Source: an uncultured Bacillales bacterium (GTDB taxonomy: Bacteria > Bacillota_I > Bacilli_A > RF39 > UBA660). Taken from it: a stretch of 64,000 nucleotides of DNA. The notes under the pieces are model-generated. The model was not told where the DNA came from and searched no databases. It saw only the letters and a program-made list of their open reading frames with translations. Made by a program: the position numbers and the translations under genes. The first letter of the stretch is position 1. Each line of letters starts with the position of its first letter. The stretch spans positions 50 through 64,049 of the forward strand of contig CANSPQ010000002.1 in NCBI GenBank assembly GCA_947648915.1, read 5' to 3'. Positions 50,190 to 60,781 of the stretch are shown piece after piece.

Positions 50190-52284
50190 CTAAGGCTTCA
50201 ACAGTTGGAGTTTTATGACTGGCATCTATACTTGCTTCTCTTATAATACTTTCTTGTTCTAAAGTATAGTTATATAATTGCAATGTACGATTTAAACCTC
50301 TTTCATATTTACTTTGTTTGTTAACCGATAAATCTTGAAAAGATGATGTTATAAATTCATGTATTTCGTTAAGTATAATTCTATTATTAAGTTCGCCTAT
50401 TGCTTCAATCTCAATCATTCTATCAGTTACTGAAATTTCATTCAAAGCATGATTAATATATTGACTATTGTCAAATGAAAGACATACTTGAACTCCATTT
50501 TTATCTAACACAACATCAGTTCTTTTTGTGCGAGAATTTAAAATCGGAAATTTTAAAATTTCTTCAAAATTTACTGCAACATTTGATTCAATCATTTTTT
50601 GTCTAAAAGTTTCAAAATTATCATCTGGTAAATTTTCTTCAATTTCACTTCTAGAAGAGTATACCTCCCCCTTTTCAAGTGGCATTTTACATGTGGCTTT
50701 TATTTTTTCTTTACCATTTTGTTCAACTTTTCGTATTCTTAATGAACCACCATTTTTATACAAATCTAAATTCATTGTATCATAGTATTCATCATTATTT
50801 TGTTTTTTTGTTGTTCTAACTACTTTAAAACCCTTTGATACAAAAACAGATATGATTTGATTCAGTAATGTGTCTTGATCTAATATATTAGATTCTTTAA
50901 AATTATCTCCTACAATATACTTTAATTCAAATTCTTCTGGCTTTTTATTTAATTCTTCTATCATCTTTCTTACCTCACCATCATATTTTTTAAAATCTTC
51001 TACATTCAACCCAAGTTCTATCCTTAATAATTCAGGATTAAAGAATATATAACTATCTTCTAATACCTCTTGTGGTCTTATCAAATTAGTACATTCTGTT
51101 AAATCCATTATTCTATTACCGTTTTGAATATTTAATTTTTGCTCTTTCTTATATAATTTAGTTTTTGTTCCAATACTTACAATTGAAAGTGTACTATCTA
51201 AGTCGATATCTCCAAATATTTCTTTTAATCTACTTTTTATTTTATCAATTGAAATATCATTATTTATTAAAATATAATCACTAATATTACTAAAATCACA
51301 TAGATATGACATAATAAAATCCAAATTTATTTTAGCTAAAATGTCAAATGATTTTTTAAAATCTTCATCTTTCATTTTAAGAAAATCATTTAAATTCCTA
51401 ACTCTTGGATCAGATGATAACGTTTTAAAACTATTTGAAACGGGTACTCTATGTAAAATGGTAGAATTCCTATATCTTTCTATTATTTTTTCGAATATAT
51501 AATCTCCCAAAACAGAAACTGGACTTAAATAAACATCTCTATACATTTGATATCTTTGTAGCAAAACATTTTCTATACCAGCTAATCCTTTTCTATTAAT
51601 TAAAAGTTCATATTCTTGATTGTTATTGACCACAACATTCAAATTTGAAATAATTCGTTTTAAATCTATTGCTGAAGCAATGCCAACATAATAAGAATCA
51701 CGAAGTAAATAATCAATTCTATCTGCATCTAACTGATAGGAAACAAGATTATTAAGTAGTTTTGTAAAACTATCTTTTCCTAATTCATCTTTATCATTAA
51801 TCTCAGCTATAAAACTTGCAATTTTTTTTACTTTTTGTTTTCCAAAAAGTTTTGTTATCACTTGATTCACTTCTGTATCTCCAAGTAATATATCTGTAGT
51901 TCTTTTTTCATGTGAATAATTTGTTACCAATTCTAATGAATGAGAAAATGGTCCATGCCCTATATCATGCAATAACATAGAACATAAAGCAATGTCTTTA
52001 TCATCTTTGCTAAGTTCTATATTATAGTTTTTTAATATTTCTTCTAATCTTTTTAAAAATAAAGACATAACATAAAAAGCACCTACACTATGACTTAATC
52101 TATCATTTTGTGATAATTCCTTAAATTCTAATTGTGAAAAACCATTTTGCGAAATACCTGATAATCGTTGCATTTCTTTTGTTAAGATTATTTCAGAAAA
52201 TGGATATGATACAATTATCTTTCCATAAATTGGATCTTCCACGATTAATGATTTATCTTTGTTTTCAATACATACAAATGCCAT
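50143..52284 (-). CDS. HD-domain (dGTPase/SAMHD1-like) phosphohydrolase fused to a C-terminal CYTH domain. Real start at 52284 after GGGAGG.
   Basis: LLHDIGHGPFSHSLE and DADRIDYLLRDS in the N-terminal half. EFELKY (ExExK) CYTH tunnel motif in the C-terminal half. Confidence 0.6.
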   Translation of the reverse strand: MAFVCIENKDKSLIVEDPIYGKIIVSYPFSEIILTKEMQRLSGISQNGFSQLEFKELSQNDRLSHSVGAFYVMSLFLKRLEEILKNYNIELSKDDKDIALCSMLLHDIGHGPFSHSLELVTNYSHEKRTTDILLGDTEVNQVITKLFGKQKVKKIASFIAEINDKDELGKDSFTKLLNNLVSYQLDADRIDYLLRDSYYVGIASAIDLKRIISNLNVVVNNNQEYELLINRKGLAGIENVLLQRYQMYRDVYLSPVSVLGDYIFEKIIERYRNSTILHRVPVSNSFKTLSSDPRVRNLNDFLKMKDEDFKKSFDILAKINLDFIMSYLCDFSNISDYILINNDISIDKIKSRLKEIFGDIDLDSTLSIVSIGTKTKLYKKEQKLNIQNGNRIMDLTECTNLIRPQEVLEDSYIFFNPELLRIELGLNVEDFKKYDGEVRKMIEELNKKPEEFELKYIVGDNFKESNILDQDTLLNQIISVFVSKGFKVVRTTKKQNNDEYYDTMNLDLYKNGGSLRIRKVEQNGKEKIKATCKMPLEKGEVYSSRSEIEENLPDDNFETFRQKMIESNVAVNFEEILKFPILNSRTKRTDVVLDKNGVQVCLSFDNSQYINHALNEISVTDRMIEIEAIGELNNRIILNEIHEFITSSFQDLSVNKQSKYERGLNRTLQLYNYTLEQESIIREASIDASHKTPTVEALVKKLQKEKRLYQNSV

Positions 52285-52607
52285 AAATAACCTCCCTAAA
52301 CAAATTATACAATAAATTGACACATTTTTAAATACCTCTTTATTACAATTCAGAATAAAAACATGAAAAATAAAACATGCATACGATAAGGTATTATAAA
52401 ATGATGGTAAAATGAGATTTTGAAATAAAAAATTGATTAACAAAATATTAAATATATTGGAAAATATAACTATATAGTTAATCATATATAAAATTAAAAT
52501 AGTATCTTGGGTGTAATAAATGAACCACCTCGCCGCAGAGCAGACGGGTATCACAAGGTTTATTATCCATAATTCGTTGCAAGCAGCGGGGAATTAAACC
52601 CCTAACA

Positions 52608-52640
52608 ATTAACAGTTCACTGAACTGTTAATTGTTTTGA
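52608..52640. repeat. perfect 16-bp-stem palindrome AACAATTAACAGTTCA-c-TGAACTGTTAATTGTT within a GC-richer structured segment
   Basis: Seen in sequence. Adjacent GGGGAATTAAACCCC hairpin. No U-run on either strand. Confidence 0.6.
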
Positions 52641-52747
52641 TTAAAAAATGGTAATTTTTATATTTTAAATTTCCAAATTGATAGTCCTACCATGCACAAA
52701 CTAGGACAGAGCGATAGTTTACAAAAATAAAAAGCGTTTTACGCTTT

Positions 52748-53167
52748 TTATTTTTGTATCATATTTAACAAATTAATTTTAAAGATGTCTTTATCAGAAT
52801 GTTCCTTAGAGACCATAACACCCTTATAAGTAATTAACTCAGATTGGTGTCCTTCTGATAATATATCAACTGGTTCCAATTTATCTAACATAATAATTTT
52901 TTCTTGTTCATATACAATATAATATAATTCGATTGCACCATGCACTTTTGCAAATAACATATCTGTAGGTAACTTTAATTTATAGGTAACTGTTCCATTT
53001 GATTTATTAGTAGAGATTACTTCTCCTAAAAATTGCCCTTCTTTTAAACTTGGATAATACTCAAAATACAGTTTTTTATACGCTAACATATTGTATTTTT
53101 TTAAGGAGCGTTCTAACTTATGAAATTCATTTTCATTGATATAATCGAATAAATAAGTTTCTTTCAT
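52748..53167 (-). CDS. hypothetical protein
   Basis: 139-aa ORF. Confidence 0.35.
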   Translation of the reverse strand: MKETYLFDYINENEFHKLERSLKKYNMLAYKKLYFEYYPSLKEGQFLGEVISTNKSNGTVTYKLKLPTDMLFAKVHGAIELYYIVYEQEKIIMLDKLEPVDILSEGHQSELITYKGVMVSKEHSDKDIFKINLLNMIQK

Positions 53168-53263
53168 ACAACGCCTCCTATTCTACTATATTCAAATTAT
53201 AGCATTCCCTACTAGAAAAGTCAAACAAAGATAACAAAAAAAGGTAGTTTACGCTACCCTATT

Positions 53264-55435
53264 TTACATTTTTACTTTTGTAGAAATATCATACATTTCA
53301 GAATCTGCTAGTAACATTTCATCATTTGGAATATGAAACATAATCGTATCTAATACTGCTCGCATTGCTCTTAACTGTAATAAATTAGATGCAACTGGTT
53401 CAAAATGTGTTTCAATTTCTATATAATCATCCTCGATAATTACTTCATCTTCCACTTCTACCCCAACTGTCGAATCATCTACCGGAACATAAGTTGTATT
53501 CTCCTCTACACTTGGCGTTGGCGTTGGAGCCGGAGTTGATTCTTGTGGTGCAGTAACATTTGTATTATCCTCTTTGTATCCTTCTTCTGAAACAGATTCC
53601 TGAGTATCTACTGTTTGATTTTCTACAGGCTCGAAATATGTTGTAGATTGGGAAGAATTGCTATTTTCAAAAGCTATTCTATCAGCATCTCCTACAGAAT
53701 ATCCTGACTCATAACCAGATAAATAATCTGTTGAAGTAGATGCTGGATTTTTTTCCCAACCATGATTTCCATGCGTATATCCAAGTTGAAATCCAGCTGT
53801 ATATTCAGCAAAAGAATCTACTACATTCCCATTTAAATCGCCGATCGTATGAGGTGCGTTTTGTTCAAATTGTTGCACAACAGCAACTTTATATTCTTCT
53901 TGAATTTGTTCTGGTGTTTTTCCAGTTGGATCAACACCTACACTTTCAATTTCCTCTACAGATACTTCAACTTCTTCTCCTGCTTCTGTTTGCATAGGAA
54001 CAGAAGGAACTATTTGTTGAGATGTACCCCTACCTACATATGATGAGAAGGTAGGATTTTCTACAAACGGATAATCTAAAATACAATCTTGTACACCATT
54101 ATAGATTTCCCACTCTACTTGGTTTCCTGTTAATATTTCTAAATCGGAAACGTTGAATAAATCTTGGTCACGATATTCTCTTGCATAAGCTAACTTATCA
54201 TCTAACATTTCGCGAAGAGAAGTTTCAGCTTGCGCTCTTTCGCTCTTATTTTTCTCTCCTGTTGGAGCAATAGCATTACAATTATATAAATCTTCACACA
54301 AGACATTTGTTAAATCATACGGTAAACCATTTGGTAATTTTTCATCAATTGCCAAGGCCATTCTACCTACCATTTCATAAGTAGCACGTGTATATAGGCG
54401 TCCATCTTCTAATTTAAAGTTGTATTCTAGAAAAGTTATAATTTCCCTTTCTAAATCTCTTTTTTCAGATGTGCTTTCCGCAACATTATATTGCGCAACC
54501 AATGACTGAATATGCATCAAAACTTCTGCACTATCTTTATCGGCAATAATCAAATCATATGGTATCATTGTATCTGGAGTTACTGTTAAAGTATCCTCTG
54601 CAAATTGATTCATACAAAATTGATAATTATCTATTATGGATTGTGATGTTTTGTTAAAATACTCCAAACGTGCATAATCCATAGGATCAATCTCTTCTAA
54701 ATTTACAACTAAATAGAAATCCATAAATTTGCGAATAGAATCTTCTGATGAGAAGTCCACACCACAAGGACGATTTTCTAATATAAAGGAAATTGACTGT
54801 GCAATCATAGCTTTATTATCATTGACATCAAATGATAGATAAGAAGGCAATATATTTTCTTGCACTGGTACTTCTTTATTGGCATTGTCTTCTATATCCT
54901 TTATCACTTCTTGATCCATGTGATGAATGTTAGAATCATCTTGATTAAAAGCCATATTTTCTTTTAGTTCAATTATTTTAAGAGATGTTGCCTTTGTTGC
55001 AAACCCAGCTATTGTAAAAGCTACAAGACTTAGACCTCCTGCAACAAGTTTAAAATGTTTTCCAGAAAACTTATTATGAAAAATCCTCTTTCCGCTTTCT
55101 TTATTGATTTGATGCATTAGCTTATCGAGTCTCTTTTTTTCTTTTGCACTCACTTCTCTTGTATCTGATTCAACTTCTTCCATTGTTTCTTGTTCTATTG
55201 TTACGTCTTTTGATTCAAACATATATACATTTTTTGAAATCGAATCAATTGTACTACATAAAGTATGTTTTTCTTGTTCAGAAACCTTACTTTTATTTAC
55301 CGTATCTTTAAGTTCCTTAGCTTGACGCTTTATTGTAGCAGGACTTAATTTCTCTGTTTCTATCTCTGATTTAAACATATTAATGAATCTCAGAAGTTCA
55401 TCATGATTAAATTCTTCTATTTTCATAAACCTCAA
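53264..55435 (-). CDS. hypothetical large protein with central TM segment and acidic, Thr/Pro-rich C-terminus
   Basis: 723-aa ORF. TM segment FKLVAGGLSLVAFTIAGFA. Confidence 0.4.
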   Translation of the reverse strand: MRFMKIEEFNHDELLRFINMFKSEIETEKLSPATIKRQAKELKDTVNKSKVSEQEKHTLCSTIDSISKNVYMFESKDVTIEQETMEEVESDTREVSAKEKKRLDKLMHQINKESGKRIFHNKFSGKHFKLVAGGLSLVAFTIAGFATKATSLKIIELKENMAFNQDDSNIHHMDQEVIKDIEDNANKEVPVQENILPSYLSFDVNDNKAMIAQSISFILENRPCGVDFSSEDSIRKFMDFYLVVNLEEIDPMDYARLEYFNKTSQSIIDNYQFCMNQFAEDTLTVTPDTMIPYDLIIADKDSAEVLMHIQSLVAQYNVAESTSEKRDLEREIITFLEYNFKLEDGRLYTRATYEMVGRMALAIDEKLPNGLPYDLTNVLCEDLYNCNAIAPTGEKNKSERAQAETSLREMLDDKLAYAREYRDQDLFNVSDLEILTGNQVEWEIYNGVQDCILDYPFVENPTFSSYVGRGTSQQIVPSVPMQTEAGEEVEVSVEEIESVGVDPTGKTPEQIQEEYKVAVVQQFEQNAPHTIGDLNGNVVDSFAEYTAGFQLGYTHGNHGWEKNPASTSTDYLSGYESGYSVGDADRIAFENSNSSQSTTYFEPVENQTVDTQESVSEEGYKEDNTNVTAPQESTPAPTPTPSVEENTTYVPVDDSTVGVEVEDEVIIEDDYIEIETHFEPVASNLLQLRAMRAVLDTIMFHIPNDEMLLADSEMYDISTKVKM

Positions 55436-55462
55436 CCCTTCCTCATTCTATATTAAAGTATA

Positions 55463-56932
55463 TTATTTTTCTCGTTTTTGACCAGAATACTCATATTTAT
55501 CATTTAATAATTTCGTATCATTATAAGTACTCCATTTTTTATCTTCTTTAATAGAAGTTACATATTTTCTTTTTTTATAACTGTAAGTTTTTACTTCTTT
55601 TGTTTCATAAACTGGTGTTTTTGTTGTAGTTGTTTCATATCCAGTAATTTTCTTTACTTCTGTTGTAAGTGGTATTGTTTGATATACTGGTTCAACACAC
55701 TTATATTCGGATAAATTTTTTGTAGATAATTTCCATACTTTATAGATTCTACCAACAGTAGAAGTACAATTGTTTGGACAACTTTCATCTACAAAACGAA
55801 CAAATTCATATTTATAACCCGCTTGATTTGGTTTTTCATAGAACGTTTGTGTTCCTACATAAACCCATTGATCTCCTGTGGCTGTTTCTCCTGTAGATAC
55901 GTAATCATATTTGTTACATGTTAAAATTGTTTCTGTCCCAATAGTCTTAACTTCAGTAGAATAAATTGGTTTAGACTTATCTGTTGCAGTTGTAACATTA
56001 TATCCTACCAAGACTTTTTGTTTAGTAGTTTTGGTACGAACAGCTGTATATTGGTCTGCTTGTACAGGTGTTGTAGAATATTCTGACCAATCACTTTCTT
56101 CCCAGTGACTGTTGTCAATTTTCTTAACATATTCCCATTCATATTCCTTTTCAGGATCTTTTGGATCCTCTGGATCAGTAGGTTTATCTGGCTTGTCTGG
56201 TTCAACTGGTTTCACAGGTGGATTAATTACCACATTGTTATTGGTTACATTATTGTTAATCGTTGTATTGTTATTGGTTACATTATTAATGGTAGTATTA
56301 TTTACAACTGGTTTTGTTTCAACTGGTTTCGTTGGATAAACAACTGGTTGTTTTACATCACTTGTTTGCTTTTCACAAATGGCTGTTTGACAGTAATCAT
56401 AACATCCCATATATACTAATAAATAGTTTTCTTGTTCAGCACATTTTAAATTAACCTTCATAACAAATTCATTTTCATGTTTTGCTACTTCAACATAAGA
56501 GTCAACTAAATCACATTGTTCCCCATCACGATCAACAAAAGGTAAAATAATCTTTTGATTTAACATTTCCCCTAATGTCATTTTAACAGTTTCTCCAACC
56601 GTTTTAGGTAATCTCTCAGTTGTATAATAAGATTTTGCTGCATCCTTCATTGCGACAACATTATTATTGAAGATTTGATCATAAAAAACAGCAACATTGT
56701 TCTCTTTATTGATTCCATTAATTGCATTCTTTAAATCACTCTTCATTGGAAATAGCCATATTAAAATAAAGATAAATAAGGCTACAAATAAGAATTGTAT
56801 CATTACATTTCTTATTGAAAAATTATTTGTTTTTTCTTCATACATATAAATTCCCCCTCCGTTTATGCCCTGTATAATAGCATAAAACCTATTATTTGTC
56901 AAATGCAAACAAAAATAACCAAAAATTAACAA
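55463..56932 (-). CDS. hypothetical membrane-anchored surface protein with Asn/Thr-rich low-complexity region
   Basis: N-terminal TM segment. NNTTINNVTNNN and PVKPVEPDKPDKP tracts. Confidence 0.4.
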   Translation of the reverse strand: MLIFGYFCLHLTNNRFYAIIQGINGGGIYMYEEKTNNFSIRNVMIQFLFVALFIFILIWLFPMKSDLKNAINGINKENNVAVFYDQIFNNNVVAMKDAAKSYYTTERLPKTVGETVKMTLGEMLNQKIILPFVDRDGEQCDLVDSYVEVAKHENEFVMKVNLKCAEQENYLLVYMGCYDYCQTAICEKQTSDVKQPVVYPTKPVETKPVVNNTTINNVTNNNTTINNNVTNNNVVINPPVKPVEPDKPDKPTDPEDPKDPEKEYEWEYVKKIDNSHWEESDWSEYSTTPVQADQYTAVRTKTTKQKVLVGYNVTTATDKSKPIYSTEVKTIGTETILTCNKYDYVSTGETATGDQWVYVGTQTFYEKPNQAGYKYEFVRFVDESCPNNCTSTVGRIYKVWKLSTKNLSEYKCVEPVYQTIPLTTEVKKITGYETTTTKTPVYETKEVKTYSYKKRKYVTSIKEDKKWSTYNDTKLLNDKYEYSGQKREK

Positions 56933-56998
56933 TTTTTTTCATTTTTCAAGCATTTTTCCTTTTCATGAATGGCTATTATATCATTATTTTTCCATTTG

Positions 56999-57265
56999 TC
57001 AAATTTTGATTTGCACAATCGTACATCCTGGATTAAAATAATGAATTTGATATTGTAATACATTTTTATTTTTCTTTAATGTCTCATGCGTTGTCTTACG
57101 AAGTATTCCACTTCCAATTCCATGAACAATCAGACATATTTCTTGTTTCATACACAAATTGTCACGAATAAAATCATCAATTGCAACTCTTGCAGTCTCT
57201 CTATCATAACCGTGTAAATCAAGTGTTGGAAAACGCTCTAAAAACAAAATACTATTTAAATTCAT
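56999..57265 (-). CDS. Smr domain protein
   Basis: LDLHG motif. 88 aa. Confidence 0.55.
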   Translation of the reverse strand: MNLNSILFLERFPTLDLHGYDRETARVAIDDFIRDNLCMKQEICLIVHGIGSGILRKTTHETLKKNKNVLQYQIHYFNPGCTIVQIKI

Positions 57266-57334
57266 TCTAATCCATCCAATCCCATCCTATTCGGAAAAAT
57301 AAATTTTATCACAACCATTGTATAGAAAAAAAGA

Positions 57335-57805
57335 TTATTGTGCAATCTTCTTTCGACGAAACCAATTATAGAAATAAATTCCTACACTAGATCCTATCAA
57401 ATCAATAAATACATCTTTTAATTGTCCTGAACGTCCTGAAACAAATACTTGATGAATCTCATCAGTACAAGCATAAATAAGACATATTAATAAAGAAAGT
57501 ATACACCATTTTTTATGAACATGGGTTGCACTTCCAACAAGTATTCCTAACACAAAATATAAAAAGAAATGTGCCATCTTTCGAACCAACACAGTAATCA
57601 TATCAAAAGAAAGACTTGGAGCCAAATAGGTAAAAAAAGATTCTACTTTCTCTACAAAAAAGGAACTTGTTTCAGTTGATTGTACTCCCGACTCATTTGA
57701 AAATAGAAATATGAGTACCATCCATGCAAATACAAGAAACCATTTGATATACTTTTTCATTTCTCCAATTTTCTTTCTAAAAATAACATAGCTGAATAGA
57801 ACCAT
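57335..57805 (-). CDS. VanZ-like family protein (probable start at MKKYIKW)
   Basis: 4 TM. TDEIHQ motif. Confidence 0.55.
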   Translation of the reverse strand: MVLFSYVIFRKKIGEMKKYIKWFLVFAWMVLIFLFSNESGVQSTETSSFFVEKVESFFTYLAPSLSFDMITVLVRKMAHFFLYFVLGILVGSATHVHKKWCILSLLICLIYACTDEIHQVFVSGRSGQLKDVFIDLIGSSVGIYFYNWFRRKKIAQ

Positions 57806-58833
57806 CTATAATAATAGTATAATCCTTTATATTTTTCATTTAATAAATAAGTAGATGTATGATAGGTGGAAATACCCATTTCTTTTAAACTAACAGGATC
57901 TGGATTTCTACGTAAATGAAAAAGCATTTCTTTTACCTCTTTTTGATTACAAATGGATTCCATATACGCTATCAATTCATATTTGTTATATCCCCCGTTT
58001 TTTCTAAGTTGATAGAATAAATAGGTAAGTTGATATAACATTTTTATGGTTGCTAAACCTTTATAATGTTTTTTATCCTTTATTCCAAAATCAGTAATTG
58101 CATTATATAGAGCATAATGTACTTGGCACATATCATTTATTTTTTTACGAAGAATCTCTATATCCATTGATTTCGTAATACCATCCATATTTTTTCTATA
58201 AATATAAAGTTCATCAGGAATAAACAAAATGGATTTCATTTCTTTATAAATCGCTAAATTACAAGCTAAATCTTCATTATATAGTAAATTGGAATTTACT
58301 GATGTAATTTTACACATTGTTTTTTTACAAATAAGTTGGCGACAAATAGAATTACAGTTATTGGTATGATATAATAAATCAAAAAACTGTGGTTCAAATT
58401 CTTCTACAGTCATTTTTACATTACGATTTAAAATATTTTTAGGTATTTTAATTTCCTTACCTTTTAATTTTTTGTATTGGCAATGTACAATATCTACTTT
58501 ATATTCTAATAAATTTTGGTACATGATTTCAACCATGTCCTTTTCAATCCAATCATCACTATCTACATACATAATATATTTTCCCTTGGCATTTTCATAT
58601 CCTTCGATACGACAAAAGCAAGTTCCTTTATTTTCGTGTGATAAAACACAAATTCGGTCATCTTTCTTAGCAAATCTTTGGATAATTGACTTTGTTTTAT
58701 CTGTGCACCCATCCAATATTATCAGTATTTCTAGATTTTGATAAGTTTGCTTGCAAATAGATTCCAAGCATTCCTTTATATATTGTTCTGTATTATAAGC
58801 AAGTACAATTATACTAATCAATTCTTGTTTCAT
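57757..58833 (-). CDS. family 2 glycosyltransferase
   Basis: N-terminal ISIIVLAYN...DGCTD...YIMYVDSDD (DxD) motifs. Confidence 0.7.
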   Translation of the reverse strand: MKQELISIIVLAYNTEQYIKECLESICKQTYQNLEILIILDGCTDKTKSIIQRFAKKDDRICVLSHENKGTCFCRIEGYENAKGKYIMYVDSDDWIEKDMVEIMYQNLLEYKVDIVHCQYKKLKGKEIKIPKNILNRNVKMTVEEFEPQFFDLLYHTNNCNSICRQLICKKTMCKITSVNSNLLYNEDLACNLAIYKEMKSILFIPDELYIYRKNMDGITKSMDIEILRKKINDMCQVHYALYNAITDFGIKDKKHYKGLATIKMLYQLTYLFYQLRKNGGYNKYELIAYMESICNQKEVKEMLFHLRRNPDPVSLKEMGISTYHTSTYLLNEKYKGLYYYYRWFYSAMLFLERKLEK

Positions 58834-59095
58834 AGTACTTCTCCTATTATTTTTTGTTGTCTTTTTTCATTATACTTGTTTTATAAAATTTGTCAACCAA
58901 ACGATACATAAATGATATGATTATCTTCTTAAAAAATAGTAGATTGAAAACCCTCTACTTTTTATCGATAATCCAAATTGTATTATAATCAATATCATGC
59001 TAATTTCCATTAGAATCTAAATAAGTTCTATTTATGAAATAAGTCATACTATTATATATAATAAATCTATAAGTATGATCTCCCTTTTCTTTCAT

Positions 59096-59707
59096 TTAAT
59101 CTATTTCAAAATGAGCAACAACCTCATTAATCATATCATCTAAGTCAGCTTTACCATCATTTATCATTACTTTAAATTTTTCTTTCCTACACTGCCTCTC
59201 TATTTCTTTAGAAAATAGAAAATCTCTCTCCATCCAATTTTGAAATGCCTTTGCTTTATCTGAACATCCACTTAGCATTTTAGGAACATATTCTCTTTTT
59301 TTATAATGAAATATTTGAAATTCTTTTGTTGGAATTATCGCTAAATACATATTATCTGCAATACCTAATTCTTTCATTAATGATGGAATATAAGCACATC
59401 CTTCCGTAATAATATTCTTATCACAATTTATCTGTTCTAATTCCCTTATTATACTATCAAATATTTCCTTGTATATACCAAATTCTTCATTTTTTTGTAT
59501 TATAGGATCTCTCATCCATATTTCTTCATTTGTCATAGATAAATTTTCTTTACACAATGATTTGCCATTTAATGCCGCCATCTTCATATATTTATCTAAA
59601 TAATCATCAACCTTAAAATAATATAAATTATATTTTTTAGCAATAATTTCACATATTGTACTTTTACCAGCACAGGGAGAACCACCTACAAAATACACTT
59701 TTTTCAT
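59096..59707 (-). CDS. P-loop kinase-like protein
   Basis: Walker A GGSPCAGKST. Confidence 0.4.
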   Translation of the reverse strand: MKKVYFVGGSPCAGKSTICEIIAKKYNLYYFKVDDYLDKYMKMAALNGKSLCKENLSMTNEEIWMRDPIIQKNEEFGIYKEIFDSIIRELEQINCDKNIITEGCAYIPSLMKELGIADNMYLAIIPTKEFQIFHYKKREYVPKMLSGCSDKAKAFQNWMERDFLFSKEIERQCRKEKFKVMINDGKADLDDMINEVVAHFEID

Positions 59708-60113
59708 ACTTCTTTTCTCCTTTAAATTATTTTTAAAAGCTTATTTTTATGCTACTAAATTGTTATTCTAAATAAATGAATAATCTTTTTTATTAAAGTA
59801 TAATAATCCATTCAATGTTATTCTTGATTCTTCATGATAAAATTTCAACTTTAGTTTAATAATAATCGCATTTTTAATACCTCATATTCCTATCATGCAA
59901 ATACAAAATAAGACTAAGATTTGCAATTATAAGCCATCTTAGTCTTTAATATTTTAACTAAAACACATTTTCACTCTTTGTGAACTATCTTATAAACTTA
60001 GAATATAATCTTTAAAATTATTTATTCATTCTTTCTTGGATAGCGGCCTGTACCACTATCCCATTCGGGATGAGTAAGAATATTAAATAACTAAAATTAC
60101 TTATATTTATCAC

Positions 60114-60620
60114 TTATTCTATTTCTTTTAACATTTGTTGTTTTAATCTATCTATATCAGTAAAAAATAAATTTGTTCCTCTTTTCTTTAATCCTAACAT
60201 ATTTTTAAATAAACTTTTTATTTCATTTTGTAGGTCAGTTGGAACCTTTAAAGGAACTCCATCTACTGTATGCACATGATCTATATATTTTTCTAATGTT
60301 GGAAATGCATTTTGAAGTAATATTGCAGCATCTTCATCAGCTATTTTTCTAATTATAATTGTATTACAAAAACCATATTTTTCTATTTTTTTATCAATTA
60401 TTTTTTGATATTTTTCTACTTTAGAACTTATGGGAATAAACCATAATATTTCCTTATCTTTAATAGTAAAATAAGTTGGTCTTTTCTTACCTTTTTCATG
60501 GTTTTGCATTAAATTCTCATCATTTACAACATCAAAATATTCATCTTTTATGTGATATAAATAGCCTGTTTTAATATCCATGTGCATCATCTCCATAATT
60601 AATATAATACCATAAAGCAA
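60114..60620 (-). CDS. type III toxin-antitoxin toxin, ToxN/AbiQ family endoribonuclease (probable start at MDIKTG)
   Basis: About 155-168 aa. KRPTYFTIKDKEILWFIPISSK matches the ToxN/AbiQ core pattern (RP.Y....I......LW..P.SS.K). Upstream architecture matches type III TA. Confidence 0.55.
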   Translation of the reverse strand: MLYGIILIMEMMHMDIKTGYLYHIKDEYFDVVNDENLMQNHEKGKKRPTYFTIKDKEILWFIPISSKVEKYQKIIDKKIEKYGFCNTIIIRKIADEDAAILLQNAFPTLEKYIDHVHTVDGVPLKVPTDLQNEIKSLFKNMLGLKKRGTNLFFTDIDRLKQQMLKEIE

Positions 60621-60650
60621 AAGAAAACTCCATCTTACGATGAAGTTGTT
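60611..60650 (-). terminator. intrinsic terminator (AACUUCAUC-GUAA-GAUGGAGUU + UUCUUUUGCUUU) between the antitoxin repeats and the toxin gene
   Basis: 9-bp stem with one G-U wobble, then a U-run, on the minus strand. Confidence 0.45.
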
Positions 60651-60668
60651 CTACATTTTCAACCAGGA

Positions 60669-60766
60669 TCATTTATTAGTCGCACCACCTGGAAGCGAAA
60701 AACATTGTCGCCTGGAATCACTTATTATTCGCACCATCCAGAAGCGAAAAACATTTTCACCACTTT
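60669..60766 (-). ncRNA. ToxI-like antitoxin RNA: 2 tandem 49-nt repeats
   Basis: tcatttattagtcgcaccacctggaagcgaaaaacattgtcgcctggaa versus tcacttattattcgcaccatccagaagcgaaaaacattttcaccacttt. Preceded by the promoter TTGACA-17-TATATT at 60782-60810. Confidence 0.5.
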
Positions 60767-60781
60767 TAAAGTAGCAATATA

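Noticed and set aside
50143-52554. N-terminal 90 aa of the 803-aa ORF (MIPVCSAARWFIYY...)
   Set aside because: This is a translation of AT-rich intergenic DNA. A strong GGGAGG RBS precedes ATG 52284, and the HD-domain N-terminus starts there.
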